Shown here one piece after another: positions 45,717 through 48,115 of a DNA stretch of 48,115 nucleotides (within the stretch, counting starts at the first letter, position 1; each line of letters opens with the position of its first letter). The position numbers and the translations under genes were made by a program. The notes below the pieces were generated by a model. It did no database searches, had not been told where the DNA came from, and was given only the letters and a program-made list of their open reading frames with translations. The DNA is from Actinomycetota bacterium (GTDB lineage Bacteria > Actinomycetota > UBA4738 > HRBIN12): contig VAXZ01000113.1 of assembly GCA_005885035.1 (NCBI GenBank), positions 1 to 48,115 on the forward strand, written 5' to 3'.

Positions 45717-46345
45717 TGAAGAGCCTCACGCCACGGACCCTCTGGAGCGCGACGCGGCAACTCGCCGCGGCCGACCCCCTGCTTGGCGCCTCGGTCGAGC
45801 GGTTCGGGCCGCCGCCGTTGTGGGCACGGCACCCGAGCTTCGCGACCCTTGTTCATCTCATCCTGGAGCAGCAGGTCTCTCTCGCGTCGGCGCAGGCTGC
45901 GTTCGATCGGCTCGTCGACGCGATCGGCAAACCGACCCCGACGCGAGTGGTGTGGCTGGACGATGACCAGCTCCGGGCGATCGGCTTCAGCCGGCAGAAG
46001 GCGGGCTACGCGCGCGAGCTCGCGATGGCGCTCATGGACGGCTTCGACCTGGATGCCCTCGCGAGCCTCCCCGACGATGCCGTCCGCGCCGAGCTCCTGC
46101 GGCTCCACGGCATCGGGCGATGGACCGCCGATGTCTACCTGACGATGTGCCTGTTGCGTCCCGATGTCTGGCCCCACGGGGACCAAGCGCTCGCGACCGC
46201 TGCGATGGAGGTTGCGGATCTGCCGCAGCGTCCCACGTTCGCGCAACTCGGCGAGATGGCGGAGCGCTGGAGGCCGTACCGGGGGGTCGCGGCACGGATC
46301 CTCTGGCACCACTATCTGCGGGTGCGCGGCCTCCCGATCGACTGA
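45716..46345 (+). CDS. HhH-GPD DNA glycosylase (AlkA-like 3-methyladenine DNA glycosylase II)
   Basis: TGATG overlap with the upstream gene. Motifs: LILEQQVSLASAQAAFDRL, GFSRQKAGYARELA, LHGIGRWTADVYLTMCL, and WPHGDQAL (catalytic Asp context). Confidence 0.85.
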   Translation: MKSLTPRTLWSATRQLAAADPLLGASVERFGPPPLWARHPSFATLVHLILEQQVSLASAQAAFDRLVDAIGKPTPTRVVWLDDDQLRAIGFSRQKAGYARELAMALMDGFDLDALASLPDDAVRAELLRLHGIGRWTADVYLTMCLLRPDVWPHGDQALATAAMEVADLPQRPTFAQLGEMAERWRPYRGVAARILWHHYLRVRGLPID

Positions 46346-46382
46346 GACGGGGCGAAGGGACCTTACTGGGCTCGCACCGCTT

Positions 46383-46419
46383 GTTCCAGATACTGGAACC
46401 AGGTTCCACTATTTGGAAC
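46383..46419. repeat. cluster of overlapping GGAAC/GTTCC palindromes in a locally AT-richer spacer between converging genes
   Basis: GTTCCAG-ata-CTGGAAC (46383-46399), TGGAACC-a-GGTTCCA (46394-46408), and a further GGAAC at 46415-46419. Confidence 0.6.
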
Positions 46420-46447
46420 TGTTTGCGTGAACCCCCGGACCCCCGCG

Positions 46448-46867
46448 TTATGGCACGCCGGGCCGACGAGGCGCGTCATCGACGGCGGCCGGCGCGTGCC
46501 ATACGGCCTCCACGTTGTTCTTATGCAAGTCGTTCACGAATGCGGCGTAGTACCGCTTGGAGTACTGCGTCCACACGCCGGGCTCGCCCCGGATCGTGGC
46601 ACCGTTCGCGACCGCGGCCTCGAAGAACGCGTCTACCTCCTCCCGACCTTCGGCGGAGAACGCAACATGAGCCGCCGTGGTCACGGACTCCCCTTGGCAG
46701 ATCGTGAAGTCGTCCAGGTCCTCGGCCCCGTAGCTGACACAGTCTTCCTGAACGAAAAGTTCCAGGTATCCAAGCGGAGCCAGGGCCGCCGTATAGAGCC
46801 GCCGGCTCGCGTCAAGGTCTTCGACGACGAACAGCACGTGGTCGACGATGATCCGCCGCTCGGGCAT
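46448..46867 (-). CDS. VOC (glyoxalase) family protein
   Basis: 139 aa. IVDHVLFVVEDLDASRRLYTAAL...AAHVAFSAEGREEVDAFFEAAVANGATIRGEPG...YYAAFVNDLHKNNVEAV. Confidence 0.85.
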   Translation of the reverse strand: MPERRIIVDHVLFVVEDLDASRRLYTAALAPLGYLELFVQEDCVSYGAEDLDDFTICQGESVTTAAHVAFSAEGREEVDAFFEAAVANGATIRGEPGVWTQYSKRYYAAFVNDLHKNNVEAVWHAPAAVDDAPRRPGVP

Positions 46868-46876
46868 ATCCCGAAC

Positions 46877-47202
46877 CTAGTCGTTGCCGTACTGCTTCGT
46901 CTGCGGTCGTTCCAGCATCAGCCCGTGCGCGCGTTCCTCCGCCACCGGCCGGTGCTCGACCCCTCGTGGCACCACGAACAGATCGCCGACGCCCAGCGTG
47001 ACGGGCTCGCGACCTCCATCTCGACCCGGAACGACCCGTCCCAGCACAGGAACAGCTCGTCCTCGTCGTGGTGGTGCCACGGGAACGCGCCCTCGAATCG
47101 CGCGAGCCGCACGACCGCGTCGTTCGCTTGCACGACGTCGACCGGCTGCCACGGCCCGGCCAACCCGGCGATCAGCTCCGGGATCGACACGGCGTCGCTC
47201 AC
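46877..47202 (-). pseudogene. cupin-domain protein interrupted by a 1-nt frameshift
   Basis: Frame 1 reads MSDAVSIPEL...FPWHHHDEDELFLCWDGSFRVEME. The fold then continues in another frame as GREPVTLGVGDLFVVPRGVEHRPVAEERAHGLMLE, ending at 46877. The switch sits at a GG run (47013-47014) where GGG would restore the frame. Confidence 0.7.
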
Positions 47203-47308
47203 AGGTAGCCCTCGGGCACCGGCCCGGCCAGCTGCACGGAGAACCGCTCGGCGATCCGATCGAATAACCGTCCATCACCCGGGCCGACCACGAAGCCGTG
47301 ATCGCTCG

Positions 47309-47881
47309 TCACGACATCTTGCCCGGACGAGGAGGCGCTCCCAGCCGGAGGCCGAGGCGGTTCGCGACACGGAGGGCCGCTCTCTCCGCGCCGGTGACCG
47401 GGATCAGCTCGGCGATCCGTGCGCGCTCGGCACGGTATCCGAAGTCATGCTCGATCACCTTCCCGGCCAGATCGACCCGCCCGATGACGAGATCCCCTTC
47501 GCGGTGCGGGAAGAGCGTCAAGGGTTCCAGCTCCTTCATCGCATAGAAGCCGCACGAACACCCTTCTTGGGGTGCACGATGCGCTGGACCACAAACCAGG
47601 CAACCCGACGTTCCGTCACAGGCGTGATCGCTCACGGGCCGAAGCCGCCTGCGTCTGTCCACCCGACACGCAGCGGTAGCCCAACCGAACACGGCGACGT
47701 CCCATGAACTGCCGAAGCAGCCAGGTCCCCCGAGCGAATACAGGGATACGCCCTGGCGATCGAGCGCGAATCGCCACGCCCGGTAGCCGACGAGCGGCTC
47801 GATCCCATCGGGTGCCAGCACGGTCGAGACGTCCACGTCGACGTCAGGCCGGGACGGGCTCAGTGTCCCTGTCCGGGGCAC
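47309..47881 (-). CDS. conserved-looking hypothetical Cys/His-rich protein
   Basis: 190-aa ORF with a GTG start. LVGYRAWRF..., CDGTSGCLVCGPAHRAPQEGCSCGFYAMK, VIGRVDLAGKVIEHDFGYRAERARI. No family name recalled. The start is uncertain, with several GTGs near 47820-47881. Confidence 0.5.
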   Translation of the reverse strand: MPRTGTLSPSRPDVDVDVSTVLAPDGIEPLVGYRAWRFALDRQGVSLYSLGGPGCFGSSWDVAVFGWATAACRVDRRRRLRPVSDHACDGTSGCLVCGPAHRAPQEGCSCGFYAMKELEPLTLFPHREGDLVIGRVDLAGKVIEHDFGYRAERARIAELIPVTGAERAALRVANRLGLRLGAPPRPGKMS

Positions 47882-47969
47882 CGACGGGTTGATCGGGGCG
47901 CGGCGGCTCGTCCGTCGGCGTCTCGATCGGCTCGATGTACACGGTTCGACGCTCCTCCCCGATCATCAT
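47844..47969 (-). CDS. candidate 41-aa acidic/Pro-rich peptide translationally coupled to the downstream gene
   Basis: ATG-ATG at 47969 preceded by GAGAGGAGGGG. MMIGEERRTVYIEPIETPTDEPP.... Its stop at 47844 lies inside the first codons of ORF 47309..47881. Confidence 0.3.
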   Translation of the reverse strand: MMIGEERRTVYIEPIETPTDEPPRPDQPVGAPDRDTEPVPA

Positions 47970-48115
47970 GTTGAAGCCCCTCCTCTCGATCTCGGTAACC
48001 CTCTGTCGCGTTACGCGGCTGGAGGGAGCCCGTCTGGGCTGGACCATCGCAGGATCACGGGGTCGAGCGGCAGCCCCAAGCGTTGCGCGAGCCGCTTCAC
48101 GGTTCGTTCGTTCCC

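Noticed and set aside
46427-47707. 426-aa plus-strand ORF
   Set aside because: It runs antisense across three independently recognisable minus-strand genes (VOC, cupin, hypothetical) and has no recognisable domain.
48011-48115. Partial minus-strand ORF at the window edge as a feature
   Set aside because: Only 34 codons are visible, with no start in the window. The HTH-like impression (ERTVKRLAQRLGLP) is too weak to annotate, so it is mentioned only in the right-edge finding.

Overview
Visibly very GC-rich, densely coding chromosomal window with an actinobacterium-like gene order (topA, membrane protein/tmk, holB). GC content was not computed. I read about 45 credible protein genes. I saw no rRNA, tRNA, CRISPR array, transposase or integrase.

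Left part (1-11.2 kb):
- A HisKA_3 histidine kinase, a receiver-only response regulator and a proline-rich two-TM protein.
- holB, tmk, an MFS transporter and topA.
- DedA, GNAT and YihY family genes.

Centre (11.2-23.1 kb), the most interesting block. It is a mirror-like cluster:
- Two paralogous APC-fold permeases with long USP-like tails.
- Two KdpD/KdpE-type two-component systems.
- A TrkA (RCK) pair.
- No KdpFABC, TrkH or KtrB in the window.
- Both divergent promoter regions carry phased TT(C/G)ACG direct repeats and TANNNT boxes just upstream of the start codons.

Right part (23-48 kb):
- An OB-fold protein, a K+-independent-type H+-pyrophosphatase and a DUF2254 protein.
- An LCP protein, a CaCA antiporter and a DUF1998/MrfA-type helicase.
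- A compact urease (fused ureAB plus a divergent ureC) with no accessory genes nearby.
- A PotABCD-like ABC importer and a Wzx-like flippase.
- A zinc-ribbon/cyclase/AAA/TPR giant whose cyclase domain carries an internal deletion and frameshift.
- VOC, AlkA-like and cupin genes, and a small uncharacterised module at the right edge.

Four loci show reading-frame problems: MFS/tmk, the cyclase, a TIGR00725-like gene and the cupin. Start codons are judgement calls. The ORF track renders GTG and TTG starts as M.
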